Shown here: one piece after another, positions 9,929 to 23,058 of the stretch
How the letters are laid out: each line of letters begins with the position of its first letter
How positions within the stretch are numbered: position 1 is the stretch's first letter
Assembly (NCBI GenBank): GCA_949282345.1
Contig: CASDOQ010000025.1
Coordinates: 86,894 to 150,893, forward strand
Source: an uncultured bacterium
GTDB taxonomy: Bacteria; Bacillota; Clostridia; Oscillospirales; CAG-272
Direction: 5' to 3'
Length of the DNA stretch: 64,000 nt
Notes under the pieces: model-generated
What the model was told of the DNA's origin: nothing
Database searches by the model: none
Seen by the model: the letters and a program-made list of their open reading frames with translations, nothing else
Made by a program: the position numbers and the translations under genes

Positions 9929-11666
9929 CTTTTTTCTCTCCTATTTTATTACTGGGCATCACGTATGCGGTGGAATTTGTTTTATAGATGACATATCCCG
10001 GGCGGCTCCCCTGCGGCTTGCGGATATTGCGCACGCGGGTATAATCGACTGCCGTCAGGGCATCCCCGGACTGCGAATAGTAGGCGGCGATCTGGGCCGC
10101 CTCGGTATAATCCTCCGCAGGCGGCTCCCCGCCCTCGGCCAGCAGGATCACGTGGGAACCGCCGACCCCCTTGGCATGAAACCAGATGTCGTCCCGCGCC
10201 GCCGTGTGCAGGGTCAGCATTTCATTTTGCAGGTTGTTCCGCCCGCAGAGCAGACGGTACCCGTTTGTTGTGCGGAATTCAAGCGGCCGGGCGCGGGTCA
10301 TCGTCTTTTTCTTCCCCGAATTGTCTTTTGCAAGATACCCGCCGGCTGAAAGTTCCTGCCGTAATTCTGCAAAGTCCTGCTCGGTCTCCGCGCGTTCCAG
10401 AAAGCCGCGCACGCCGCGCAGATAGGAAAGTTCCTCTTCCCCGGCGGCGATCAGTTCGGTCAGTTTTTTCTCGGCATGGCGGGACTTTGTGTAGAGTTTA
10501 TACATCCGCTGGGCATTGGCGGCGGGAGAGAGGCGTCCGTCGAGCGGGAGGGTAACGGCCGAGGGCGGGTCGGTCGTATAATCGGTGGCTGTAAAACTCT
10601 CCATTCCCCTGCGGATCTGCCAGATATTTTCGGTAATCAGATCGCCTGCGCGGCGGTATTCTTCGCCCTTTGCGCAGTCGGCCAATTCCTCTTTCTGCGC
10701 CTCCAGCTTCCGCACAAGCTGTGCTTCCCGACGCGAAAGCATCCGGGAAAGGTCTGAAGAGCGCTGACGCACCCGCTCGATCCGATCACGTTCTCCAAAA
10801 TAACAGTCAAGCAATTCGCCGAAACTCCCGGGATGCGAGACGGTAAATCCACCGCTGTGAAGTGCGGTATAACTGTAGTCTACCGGCTCCCCCGACTCAT
10901 CCGAAAGCAGAGTGGGACAGTACCGCCCGGCCTCCACGTCCGAAAACCAGGCATCGAAGACGGCATAGAGATCGGAAGGCTCCAAAGCATCGAGAGCGGC
11001 ATCCTCCGCCGCGCCGAGACGACGGATCATTTCCCGCGCATTCTGCGCAGAGATCCCGCTATAGGTATCTCCGATAAAGCGGGCGGCACTCCTCCCGGCC
11101 GGATAGGCGGCAAGCGATGCCAAAAACTCCTCCTGTTTCCGCCGGAGCGGATCCAGTTTCTCCTGCGGCGGAGGAAGCGTATATTTCATGCCGGGGAGGA
11201 CCTGGCGCACCTTACTGGCGGAAAAATCCACGATCTTCAGCGCCGAGATGATCTTATCTTCTCCGTCCAGAAGGATCAGATTGCTGTATTTCCCCATCAT
11301 TTCCGCCACCAGCGTCCGGCTGACACCGTAACCGAGTTCGTCCCGGCAGGCAAAGGTGAACCGGGCGGCGCGATCGAACCCGATCTGCTCTGCCGCCACA
11401 AGTTTGGAGCCGAGCAGATGCTTGCGGAGGAGCATACAGAACATGGAGGGAACCGGGAGGTTTTCACGCTCTATCCGGGAATAGGAAAAATGGGGGACGT
11501 TGCTCCCCGCGACAAAGCAAAGACGGCGGCTGACTCCCGCGGCGTGTAATACGAGATCAAATTCATCCCGCGCCGGTTGGCAGATTTTTTCCACCTTCGC
11601 TCCGCCGAAAAGCGTGGCCGAGACTTCCGCCGTGACAGCGCGCAGCATTCCCGCATCAAAAGCCAT
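9921..11666 (-). CDS. rqcH: ribosome quality-control protein RqcH (FbpA/NFACT family)
   Basis: MAFDAG start, FCMLLRKHL, EMMGKYSNLIL, GRNNLQNEMLT, WFHAKGVGGSHV. Confidence 0.9.
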   Translation of the reverse strand: MAFDAGMLRAVTAEVSATLFGGAKVEKICQPARDEFDLVLHAAGVSRRLCFVAGSNVPHFSYSRIERENLPVPSMFCMLLRKHLLGSKLVAAEQIGFDRAARFTFACRDELGYGVSRTLVAEMMGKYSNLILLDGEDKIISALKIVDFSASKVRQVLPGMKYTLPPPQEKLDPLRRKQEEFLASLAAYPAGRSAARFIGDTYSGISAQNAREMIRRLGAAEDAALDALEPSDLYAVFDAWFSDVEAGRYCPTLLSDESGEPVDYSYTALHSGGFTVSHPGSFGELLDCYFGERDRIERVRQRSSDLSRMLSRREAQLVRKLEAQKEELADCAKGEEYRRAGDLITENIWQIRRGMESFTATDYTTDPPSAVTLPLDGRLSPAANAQRMYKLYTKSRHAEKKLTELIAAGEEELSYLRGVRGFLERAETEQDFAELRQELSAGGYLAKDNSGKKKTMTRARPLEFRTTNGYRLLCGRNNLQNEMLTLHTAARDDIWFHAKGVGGSHVILLAEGGEPPAEDYTEAAQIAAYYSQSGDALTAVDYTRVRNIRKPQGSRPGYVIYKTNSTAYVMPSNKIGEKKDG

Positions 11667-11766
11667 CTTTTCACCTCCGATATAAAGTATTTTTTACATA
11701 TTCAGGATCTTCCGTGCAAGCCGGAAAGCAGAAAACAGGGCCGCCCTCGCTCGGGCGGCCCGCAAA

Positions 11767-12684
11767 TCATTTCAGAAAGCCGCTGACGATCTGCTCTTCC
11801 GCTTCGGCTTCCGAAAGGCCGAGCGTCATGAGTTTGATCAGCTGTTCCCCGGCGATCTTGCCGATAGCCGCCTCATGGATCAGCGAAGCGTCAATGCAAT
11901 TTGCCGTCAGTTCCGGGATGGCGGTCACGTGCCCGTCATCCATCAGGATGGCATCGCACTCGGTATGACCGTGGCACGCGGCGTTCCCGTTCATGCGGGA
12001 ACGAAAGATCTGCCCGGAATGCTCCTTGGCCACCGAACGCGACACCACGTTGGCGGAGCATCCCTCCCCGTTCATATCGACCGAGAAATCGGTTTCGGCC
12101 TGCTGAACACCGTGGGTCATAATCTTTTCGCGGATATTGATTGAAGCACCGGCAGCAAGGTCGGCCCGGGTCGTCCGCTTGGTCGAATCGATCCCTTTGA
12201 TCTGGGTCGTTTCGATCTCCATCGAGCCGCCTTCTTCAATGTGGACCACTGTGGTCGGGTTCATGACGCGCCCGGCGCTCCCGTCCCCTTCCCCGTAATG
12301 CTTTTCGACGTAACGGACGTGCGCGTTTTTCCCGACGTAGAAAGTATGCACACCGTCATGCTGAGAAAGCCCCGTGCCGCAGTTATGAATCCCGCAACCG
12401 GCAATGATCGTAACGTCTGCTCCTTCGCCGATATAAAAATCGTTGATGACCGACTCCGAAACGCCGACCTTGCTGATAACGACCGGGATATGCAGGCTTT
12501 CATTCCTAGTGCCGGGCAGGATACGGACAGTGATCCCATCTCCCGCTTCCCGCGGGATGATCTCGATGTTGGCCGTAGAGGAGCGGCCGATCGAACGGCT
12601 GTTTTCCCGGATATTGTAGGCCCCGGTAGGGATGCCGTGCAGATCGGCGATCTCTGCCAGAAGCCCTTCTGTGATCTTATCCAT
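11767..12684 (-). CDS. SufB/SufD-family Fe-S scaffold (SmsB-like)
   Basis: GAYNIREN, IIAGCGIHN, GHTECDAILM, SLIHEAAIGKIAGEQL. Confidence 0.88.
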   Translation of the reverse strand: MDKITEGLLAEIADLHGIPTGAYNIRENSRSIGRSSTANIEIIPREAGDGITVRILPGTRNESLHIPVVISKVGVSESVINDFYIGEGADVTIIAGCGIHNCGTGLSQHDGVHTFYVGKNAHVRYVEKHYGEGDGSAGRVMNPTTVVHIEEGGSMEIETTQIKGIDSTKRTTRADLAAGASINIREKIMTHGVQQAETDFSVDMNGEGCSANVVSRSVAKEHSGQIFRSRMNGNAACHGHTECDAILMDDGHVTAIPELTANCIDASLIHEAAIGKIAGEQLIKLMTLGLSEAEAEEQIVSGFLK

Positions 12685-13414
12685 GATAACCACCTGCCTT
12701 TTCAAACGGACGGCAAGAGGAAACGACCTTCCCCGTCAGGGTCGGCATGATCTTCTCGGGGGTGCCGTCATTCACGACTTCACCGCCGGCCAGCACCACA
12801 ATACGGTCAGCGATGTTCAGGATCCGCTCCTGATGCGAAATGATCAGGACAGAATCCTGCTTCTCTCGATGAATCTTTTCAAAAACGCGGATAAGATTCT
12901 GAAAACTCCAGAGATCGATTCCCGCCTCGGGTTCGTCAAAAACCGAAAAAGACGTGCCGCGTGCCAGGATCGTGGCGATCTCGATCCGCTTCAGTTCTCC
13001 GCCTGAAAGACTGGCATTGACTTCCCGGTTGATATAGTCGCGGGCGCAAAGTCCGACCTCGGAGAGATAGTCGCAGGCCTCGGCCATCCCGATCTTTTTT
13101 CCCGAGGCAAGCATGATCAGATCGCGCACCGTGATGCCTTTGAACCGCACCGGGGTCTGAAATGCAAAACTGATGCCGCGTCTGGCGCGTTCGGTCACCG
13201 AAAGAGCGGTGATGTCCTCTCCGTCCAACAGGATCCGACCGCCGGTGGGGACAAGGATCCCCGCGATCAGTTTGGCAAGCGTGGATTTCCCGCCGCCGTT
13301 CGGCCCGGTGATGGCGGTAAGGCGGTCATCGAACCGCAACGAAACATCCCGCAGGATCTCTTTTTTCTCTTCTCCTTCTCCCGCCGAGAAGGAAAGATCG
13401 ATAAGTTCTACCAT
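12677..13414 (-). CDS. SufC-like ABC ATPase (SmsC-like)
   Basis: GPNGGGKST, LSGGELKRIEIA, FDEPEAGIDLWSF; overlaps the SufBD gene. Confidence 0.88.
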   Translation of the reverse strand: MVELIDLSFSAGEGEEKKEILRDVSLRFDDRLTAITGPNGGGKSTLAKLIAGILVPTGGRILLDGEDITALSVTERARRGISFAFQTPVRFKGITVRDLIMLASGKKIGMAEACDYLSEVGLCARDYINREVNASLSGGELKRIEIATILARGTSFSVFDEPEAGIDLWSFQNLIRVFEKIHREKQDSVLIISHQERILNIADRIVVLAGGEVVNDGTPEKIMPTLTGKVVSSCRPFEKAGGYHG

Positions 13415-13515
13415 ATAACCTTCCCCGGGGCATCCGCCCCACTGTATTTTCTGTATTATTATAGCACGGAAAGGCGGGAAATGCAAGGGAAAATCCTCTT
13501 TTCCCGTCAAAGCCT

Positions 13516-14964
13516 TCAGCGGGGAGAGAAACGGTTTTCCTTCGCAGAAGCTGAATCCCCGCCCCCGCTTCCCGCATGAGGACGAGCCGCATCGTGCATC
13601 CCGGCACCGCCGGCCGAGCGGACGATGTATTTTTTGCAATAGCAACTGCCGCATCGCGGGCAGATAGGATGCCCACACCGGGAACAGAGAGTCTTGTGTC
13701 GCGGATTGTATGGCCGGTGACAGTGCCAGCAGGCGACCGCATCCCGATCGGCTTCCGCCAGACGCCTTTCGGTTTCCTCCGCTCGGAAAGCCGGCAGGTC
13801 GGCAAAAAAGTAAGAAGAACGCAGAGAACGGTATTCGCACAAAAGCCGACGACAGTTCTCCTGCGCATCGCGGTCAAGGCGAAGAAAATTCTCCAAAGAG
13901 GTGAGCGTATCAAGTTCCTTCACGAGATCGATGTATCGGCGTACCGTTGTCCGCGTGGGAAGCAGGAGTCCTTCGGCCGACGCGCCGGGGGCGGCAAATG
14001 CGGAGGAATCTTTCATGCGTTTGGCATCACGCATCGCCCGTTCTTTCGTGCACCCGGGAGAATCTGTCCCCGCGGATTGCGGCGCGGATCCCCCCCACGA
14101 AAGTTCGGGATGAAAGGAGGTGATATATCGGATAACGTCATCAGGCGACTGTTTCGAGGTAGCTACGGGATCGGACGGATCGGCGTCCGTCCTCCCCGTA
14201 TGGGGATCCGGGGGGGCAGAAGCCCCGTCCCGCGGTGTTGTTTGCATCAGGTCTGCAAGCCTGCCGCCCGCGCAGAGCACTTGTACAAGATACGCGGCAT
14301 TTGCGCGGATCTCTTCCTGCTGTTTTGGCAGGTAGAGGCCGGATTCACGACGGTACCACGAGCGGATCCCGGCTTCGGTTCGCAGAACAAAAGCAAAGTT
14401 ATCTTTACATGAATCGGAATATATCGCGGAGAGCATGGAAAAAACATTGGTCTTGACCTTTTCTTCCGCTATCTCGGCAGGCCCGCTTTCCAGAAGCAGA
14501 CGTTCTTCCTGCCCGGGGATATACCCTGCCGTCAGAGATGTGGAAAAGCGAAAGAACTCGCCGTTTACCGCCTCGGGGTGCGAGACGATGAACGCATTCA
14601 GTTCCCGCCGTGCGAGAAACCGCGCATACGCAAGAAGGAAGGAACTGCTCTTCTGCCCCGCCCCCGCCTCGGGAAAAAGAAGCGGGAGCAAAAAAGCCGA
14701 AAACGCCGCCCCTCCCGCAAGCGTCAGCGCAAGGCTGAGCGCGATGAGAAGAACGGCGTGATCGCCGGGAAAGCCGCCGGTGCCCGCCATGATCGCAAGG
14801 ACCGCCGCGGGCAATACCGGCGAAAGCGGGAGCAGAATGCGCGCCGCCCGACGGGCGGCGGCATAGCGGTTCCGCCTTGCCAGCAGCAGTCGGTACCGAA
14901 GCGGCAGATCCTCCGCTCTGGCAATCTGTTTTTTTCGTTTTTCGGTCCCTTGGATTTCTGCCAT
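13516..14964 (-). CDS. hypothetical membrane protein with C-terminal Cys-rich zinc-binding domain
   Basis: Two N-terminal hydrophobic segments; CWHC..CSRCGHPICPRCGSCYC. Confidence 0.65.
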   Translation of the reverse strand: MAEIQGTEKRKKQIARAEDLPLRYRLLLARRNRYAAARRAARILLPLSPVLPAAVLAIMAGTGGFPGDHAVLLIALSLALTLAGGAAFSAFLLPLLFPEAGAGQKSSSFLLAYARFLARRELNAFIVSHPEAVNGEFFRFSTSLTAGYIPGQEERLLLESGPAEIAEEKVKTNVFSMLSAIYSDSCKDNFAFVLRTEAGIRSWYRRESGLYLPKQQEEIRANAAYLVQVLCAGGRLADLMQTTPRDGASAPPDPHTGRTDADPSDPVATSKQSPDDVIRYITSFHPELSWGGSAPQSAGTDSPGCTKERAMRDAKRMKDSSAFAAPGASAEGLLLPTRTTVRRYIDLVKELDTLTSLENFLRLDRDAQENCRRLLCEYRSLRSSYFFADLPAFRAEETERRLAEADRDAVACWHCHRPYNPRHKTLCSRCGHPICPRCGSCYCKKYIVRSAGGAGMHDAARPHAGSGGGDSASAKENRFSPR

Positions 14965-14976
14965 GATCTTTTACGA

Positions 14977-16065
14977 TCAGAAGCCGAGCCTGCTGATCTT
15001 TTCCTGCATGGTGGCCGTTGCGGCCGCATCCTGCAAGCCGGTCTCCAGGTGATAGGTCACGCTCTCGCCGGTGGCAAGATACCGTTCGTATCCGTGCGCC
15101 TTGCAATAGAGATATCCCTTATGTTCTCCCGTAGCGGGCAGAACCATGCCGAGCGCATCCTCATCCCCGGTCCGGGCGATCCAGCGGACACCGAACGGCA
15201 GTTCCTCCGGGCGATGACATACATAGACCGAACTTCCGTCCGGGAAGACCTGCATCGTGTAAGCGCGCCCGTCTTCATCGGCCGCATAGCGGCAACAGAA
15301 GACGATCTCGGGCATATACGCCTGCCCGGGGGCGCCGACCTCGTCCATCAAGCCGGGATCGCGATCCAGGCGGTCAAGATACGCATTGGTCGCCGCCGCT
15401 CTGGCCGGATCGTAATTCTTTGGAACTTCGTGATTCACGATAATATCCTTGCGCGGAGCCGTGTAGGAAAGGCGGGAGCCGTCCACCGGGCGGTGGTTGA
15501 TATGACAGAGATAGAAATATTCGAGCGGCAGATCCTTATGGTTCTCAAAGCGCACCGTCACGTCCAAAAGGGTCTTTCCTTCATAGAGTTTCACCGTCGG
15601 GCAGAAGTCGTAATCGGCTTCAAAACAACGCTTGTGCGAATAGGTTCCGCTGATGCCGATATACTTGCCCTTTTCATCCTCCCCGCAGAGAATATACACA
15701 TCGTGGTACCTGGCGATCGGCAGTTCCCCGTGCGGCAGGTGCGTGTCCTCCGCCGTCGGATTCCCCATCGCGGTCAGACCGCAGTGCATCAGAAATCCTC
15801 CATAGGTCTCGCCGTAAGTATCTTTGGCGGGCATCGGCTCATCGTAGATCGACTTCATAGTGAGTTCACGGCCGAGAAACTCGGCGCGCCACACCATCTG
15901 CCCCATGTACGGAAGCACCACGATATTCCCCTTATCGTTTGTAAGCCGGACGGCAGAAACGCCGGTGGAATAGACAAAGAGCGAGGCCTTGAGTGCGCCC
16001 GCGGAAAGAACGGTGGTTTCCTTTTCGGTAAAATAGATTTCTTTCAGATAGGTTCTGGTTTCCAT
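14977..16065 (-). CDS. aldose 1-epimerase-like protein (DUF4432/DeoM-like)
   Basis: LPYMGQMVWRA, TYGGFLMHCG, DTHLPHGELP, YLCHINHRPV. Confidence 0.8.
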   Translation of the reverse strand: METRTYLKEIYFTEKETTVLSAGALKASLFVYSTGVSAVRLTNDKGNIVVLPYMGQMVWRAEFLGRELTMKSIYDEPMPAKDTYGETYGGFLMHCGLTAMGNPTAEDTHLPHGELPIARYHDVYILCGEDEKGKYIGISGTYSHKRCFEADYDFCPTVKLYEGKTLLDVTVRFENHKDLPLEYFYLCHINHRPVDGSRLSYTAPRKDIIVNHEVPKNYDPARAAATNAYLDRLDRDPGLMDEVGAPGQAYMPEIVFCCRYAADEDGRAYTMQVFPDGSSVYVCHRPEELPFGVRWIARTGDEDALGMVLPATGEHKGYLYCKAHGYERYLATGESVTYHLETGLQDAAATATMQEKISRLGF

Positions 16066-16121
16066 ACGATCCTCCAAAGTAATCAATATCATCTACAGTG
16101 TAGCACTGCCGGGCAGGAAAG

Positions 16122-19067
<2,946 letters not shown>

Positions 19068-19078
19068 TTAATGAAGAA

Positions 19079-19126
19079 AAAATCCGAACGTCGGATGAAA
19101 AACTTTCCTCCCTGTTCGGATTTTAT
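19079..19126 (-). terminator. hairpin downstream of tRNA
   Basis: AAAATCCGAAC...GTTCGGATTTT inverted repeat. Confidence 0.55.
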
Positions 19127-19143
19127 AGATGGCGCACGGCCGT

Positions 19144-19220
19144 TGGTGGACACAGGGGGGCTCGAACCCTCGACCTTACGGATGTGAACCGTACGCTCTA
19201 ACCAACTGAGCTATGCGTCC
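19144..19220 (-). tRNA. tRNA-Val (CAC)
   Basis: Minus strand GGACGCATAGCTCAGTTGGTTAGAGCG-TACGG-TTCACAT-CCGTA-AGGTC-GAGGGTTCGAGCCCCC-CTGTGTCCACCA; encoded CCA. Confidence 0.95.
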
Positions 19221-19447
19221 ATGACTTCTCAAGTATAGCACAGCTTTCCGCATTTGTAAAGGGGATTTTCAAAAAAAGTTTCTTTCTTCTTCTCAGGAAT
19301 CGGGAAACATTGCAGATGTTGCTGTAAAAACGAGAAAGAATCATCGGAAATTTACCTCTTCTTTCATTTTCTATTGCAAATAAAAAACGATTCTGCTATA
19401 ATATACTGTAAAAGCATGGGACGTTTGCGCCCCGGAAAGCAGGTTTT

Positions 19448-20692
19448 ATGTATAAAACGAGCGATACCGCAATACAGGATGCGGAACTGAAGCAGATCCT
19501 TGCCGATTCCCTGAAGGGACGAAAGCTGAAAAAGGTCCTGCTCCTCCCGCCGGACTACACCCGGATGTATTCGGGTGCCGGAAAAATCACCGCCTATTAT
19601 TACGAGATGCTGAAAGATACGTGCGAGGTCGACGTCATGCCCGCCCTCGGCACGCATATCCCGATGACGGAGGAAGAATGCCGGGCATTCTTCCTCGGGA
19701 AGATCCCCTTTGACCGTCTGATCGTCCACAACTGGCGCACCGACGTCATAAAGATCGGGGAAGTTCCTGCCGATTTCGTGCGCGAAGTCTCCGAAGGGTT
19801 AGTCAACTTTTCGATCGACGTAGAGGTCAACCGGCGCATCATGGATCCCTCCTATGACCTTATTATTTCCGTCGGGCAGGTCGTGCCGCACGAGGTCGTC
19901 GGGATGGCCAACTACTCCAAAAACATCTTTGTCGGATGCGGCGGAAGCAGTATGATCAACAGCTCACATATGCTGGGAGCCTTTTACGGGCTGGAACGCA
20001 TCATGGGGCGCGACTTCTCTCCCGTGCGCCGGGTCTTCGACTATGCGCAGGAGCATTTCCTTTCCAACGTGCCGCTCCTCTATGTGCTGACCGTCACGAC
20101 CAACACCGGGGAAAATACCAACCTGCACGGCATCTATATCGGCAACCGCCGGGAGCTATTTGAGATGGCGGTAGCGCAGAGTCAGGAAAAGAATCTCAAT
20201 CACATGGACAAGCCGCTGAAAAAGGTCGTCGTTTATCTTGACCCGCGCGAATTCAAAAGTACGTGGCTCGGGAACAAGGCCGTCTACCGCACGCGGATGG
20301 CGATCGCAGACGGCGGAGATCTGATCGTCCTTGCCCCCGGCGTCAAGATGTTCGGCGAAGACCCGGAAAACGACAAACTGATCCGCAAATACGGGTACGT
20401 CGGACGCGAGCGCGTTTTGAAACTGGTGAAGGAGAATGCCGATCTGCAGGAGAATATGTCGGTCGCGGCGCACCTGATCCACGGTTCGTCGGACGGCCGG
20501 TTCCGTATCACGTACTGCACGAAACTCCTCACCGAGGAAGAAGTGCGAGGCGCAGCCTTCGATTATATCCCCTACGATGAGATCGTGAAAAAATACGACC
20601 CCGCCGTGCTTACCGACGGCTTCCATACGATCGACGGCGAGGAGATCTTTTATATCAGCAACCCGGCGCTCGGGCTCTGGACGAGGGACTGA
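19448..20692 (+). CDS. LarA (nickel-pincer) superfamily racemase/epimerase, probable D-mannonate/D-gluconate 2-epimerase
   Basis: PPDYTR, ALGTH, VVPHEVVGMANYSKN, SSH and GNKA line up with LarA motifs; context with gnd and a sugar kinase. Confidence 0.75.
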   Translation: MYKTSDTAIQDAELKQILADSLKGRKLKKVLLLPPDYTRMYSGAGKITAYYYEMLKDTCEVDVMPALGTHIPMTEEECRAFFLGKIPFDRLIVHNWRTDVIKIGEVPADFVREVSEGLVNFSIDVEVNRRIMDPSYDLIISVGQVVPHEVVGMANYSKNIFVGCGGSSMINSSHMLGAFYGLERIMGRDFSPVRRVFDYAQEHFLSNVPLLYVLTVTTNTGENTNLHGIYIGNRRELFEMAVAQSQEKNLNHMDKPLKKVVVYLDPREFKSTWLGNKAVYRTRMAIADGGDLIVLAPGVKMFGEDPENDKLIRKYGYVGRERVLKLVKENADLQENMSVAAHLIHGSSDGRFRITYCTKLLTEEEVRGAAFDYIPYDEIVKKYDPAVLTDGFHTIDGEEIFYISNPALGLWTRD

Positions 20693-20694
20693 CC

Positions 20695-21573
20695 GTGGAT
20701 ACGAGAATCATCGATCTGCACACGCATTCGCGATGTTCAGACGGCTCAATGACTCCGACGGAACTGGTTGACCACGCAAAGAACGCCGGCATTGCCGCCA
20801 TTGCCCTCTCCGACCACGATACCGTGGCCGGGGTGCGTGAAGCCATGGCAGAAGGCGAACGGATCGGCGTGGAGGTCGTCCCGGCCATTGAGCTCTCGGT
20901 TATTTCAAAAACCGAAACCCATATCCTCGGATATTTTATCGACCCGGATTCCCCCGCGATGTCCGAGGCGATGGAGAAAATCCTCGCCACGCGTCGTTAC
21001 CGCTCCGAAGAAACCTGCCGTCTTCTGAACGAGATCGGCTTCCCCGTCACGATGCAGGAGGCGGAAGAACTGGCGGGCGGCGAAATGCTCTGCCGGGCAC
21101 ATTTTGCGCGGCTTTTGCAGAACAAGGGGCTCGTCCCCTCGGTCAAGGAGGCTTTTGACAAATATCTCGCCAACGGTCGCCCGGCCAACTGCAACGTACA
21201 GGCCATCACCGACCGGGAAGCCATTGACCTGATCCATGCGGCAGGGGGCATTGCGTTCGTGGCGCACCTGCATCTGATCCGTCTTACCGATGAAGAACTT
21301 TTTTCCTATCTTTCGGGTCTCAAAGAAGCGGGACTCGACGGGATAGAAGGCTATTACACCGAATACACGGAAGAAATGCAGGATAAGTTCCAGAAGATGG
21401 CCCGGACGCTCGGCCTGCAGATCTCGGGCGGAACCGATTTTCACGCCGCCATGAAGCCACACATCTCGATCGGCCACGGGCTCGGCGGTCTCTCCATTCC
21501 CTACTCTGTTCTCGAAAATATGAAAAAGTATTATAAAACAAAAAGGAAGGTACACGCAAATGAAAAAATCTGA
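20695..21573 (+). CDS. PHP-domain phosphoesterase (TrpH/YciV-like)
   Basis: [28 protein letters not shown]. Confidence 0.9.
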   Translation: MDTRIIDLHTHSRCSDGSMTPTELVDHAKNAGIAAIALSDHDTVAGVREAMAEGERIGVEVVPAIELSVISKTETHILGYFIDPDSPAMSEAMEKILATRRYRSEETCRLLNEIGFPVTMQEAEELAGGEMLCRAHFARLLQNKGLVPSVKEAFDKYLANGRPANCNVQAITDREAIDLIHAAGGIAFVAHLHLIRLTDEELFSYLSGLKEAGLDGIEGYYTEYTEEMQDKFQKMARTLGLQISGGTDFHAAMKPHISIGHGLGGLSIPYSVLENMKKYYKTKRKVHANEKI

Positions 21574-23011
21574 TATCGGTCTTATCGGTCTTGCGGTCAT
21601 GGGGGAAAACCTTGTCATCAACATGGAAAGCAAGGGTTTCACCGTCTCGGTTTACAACCGCACGACGGAAAAGGTCAAGAAGTTTGTGGAGGGACGCGCC
21701 AGCGGGAAGAACATCGTCGGCACGTATTCTCTCGAAGAACTGGTCGCCAGCCTCGAAAAGCCCCGCAAGATCATGATGATGGTCAAGGCCGGCTCGGCTG
21801 TAGACGAAATGATCGAAAAACTGCTCCCGCTCCTTGACGACGGAGATATCCTGATCGACGGCGGTAACTCTCACTTCCCCGACACGGCCCGCCGTACCGC
21901 CTACGTGGAAAGCAAAGGAAAACTCTATATCGGAACCGGCGTTTCCGGCGGCGAAGAAGGCGCGCTCAACGGCCCGAGCCTGATGCCCGGCGGTTCTCCT
22001 GCTGCATGGCCCTATGTCAAGCCCATTCTGCAGGCCATCTGCGCGAAGGTCGAAGACGGTTCTCCCTGCTGCGACTGGGTCGGTGAAAACGGTGCCGGAC
22101 ACTTTGTGAAAATGGTTCACAACGGCATTGAGTACGGCGATATGCAGATGATCTGCGAAGCCTATCAGCTGATGCGCGATTACCTCGGCATGAGCGACGA
22201 CGAAATGCACGATGTCTTTGCCGACTGGAATACGAAGGAGCTGGACAGCTACCTGATCGAGATCACAAAAGACATCCTGGCATACAAGGATGAAGACGGT
22301 TCCCCGTTGGTCGAGAAGATCCTTGATACCGCCGGCCAGAAGGGTACTGGCAAGTGGACCGGCATTGCCGCCCTCGACGAAGGCGTGCCGCTGACGCTGA
22401 TCGGCGAAGCCGTCTTTGCCCGTTGCCTCAGCGCCATGAAGGAAGAAAGAGTGCAGGCTTCCCAGGTTCTCAGCGGACCGAAGCCCGAATTTCACGGCGA
22501 CAAGGCCGCCTTTATCGAAGACATCAAGAACGCGCTCTTTGCGGCCAAGATCGTCTCTTATGCACAGGGCTACACGCTGATGCGTTCCGCGGCCAAGACC
22601 TACGGTTGGAACCTCAACTACGGCGGGATCGCGCTCATGTGGCGCGGTGGCTGTATCATCCGCAGCGTATTCCTCGGCAAGATCAAGGAAGCCTTCGACA
22701 AAAACCCCGAACTGCCGAACCTTCTGCTGGATCCTTATTTCAAGGGCGTCATCGAGAAGGCCCAGGCCGGTTGGAGACGCGTCTGCTCTGCCGCTATGAT
22801 GAACGGCATTCCGATGCCCGCCATGTCCTCCGCCCTTTCGTACTACGACGGCTACCGTTGCGAACGCCTCCCGGCCAACCTGCTTCAGGCACAGCGTGAC
22901 TACTTCGGCGCTCACACCTATGAGCGTGTCGATGCGCCCCGCGGTCAGTTCTTCCACACCAACTGGACGGGCAAAGGCGGTGACACGGCCGCGACCCAGT
23001 ATTCGGTCTGA
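21560..23011 (+). CDS. gnd: 6-phosphogluconate dehydrogenase, decarboxylating
   Basis: [45 protein letters not shown]. Confidence 0.97.
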   Translation: MKKSDIGLIGLAVMGENLVINMESKGFTVSVYNRTTEKVKKFVEGRASGKNIVGTYSLEELVASLEKPRKIMMMVKAGSAVDEMIEKLLPLLDDGDILIDGGNSHFPDTARRTAYVESKGKLYIGTGVSGGEEGALNGPSLMPGGSPAAWPYVKPILQAICAKVEDGSPCCDWVGENGAGHFVKMVHNGIEYGDMQMICEAYQLMRDYLGMSDDEMHDVFADWNTKELDSYLIEITKDILAYKDEDGSPLVEKILDTAGQKGTGKWTGIAALDEGVPLTLIGEAVFARCLSAMKEERVQASQVLSGPKPEFHGDKAAFIEDIKNALFAAKIVSYAQGYTLMRSAAKTYGWNLNYGGIALMWRGGCIIRSVFLGKIKEAFDKNPELPNLLLDPYFKGVIEKAQAGWRRVCSAAMMNGIPMPAMSSALSYYDGYRCERLPANLLQAQRDYFGAHTYERVDAPRGQFFHTNWTGKGGDTAATQYSV

Positions 23012-23058
23012 GCGATCCCGTACAATTTTCACACTATTTCATTCAGGAGGGAAACCCT

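Noticed and set aside
21320-23032. 570-aa antisense ORF
   Set aside because: Shadow of gnd in GC-rich DNA; no motifs
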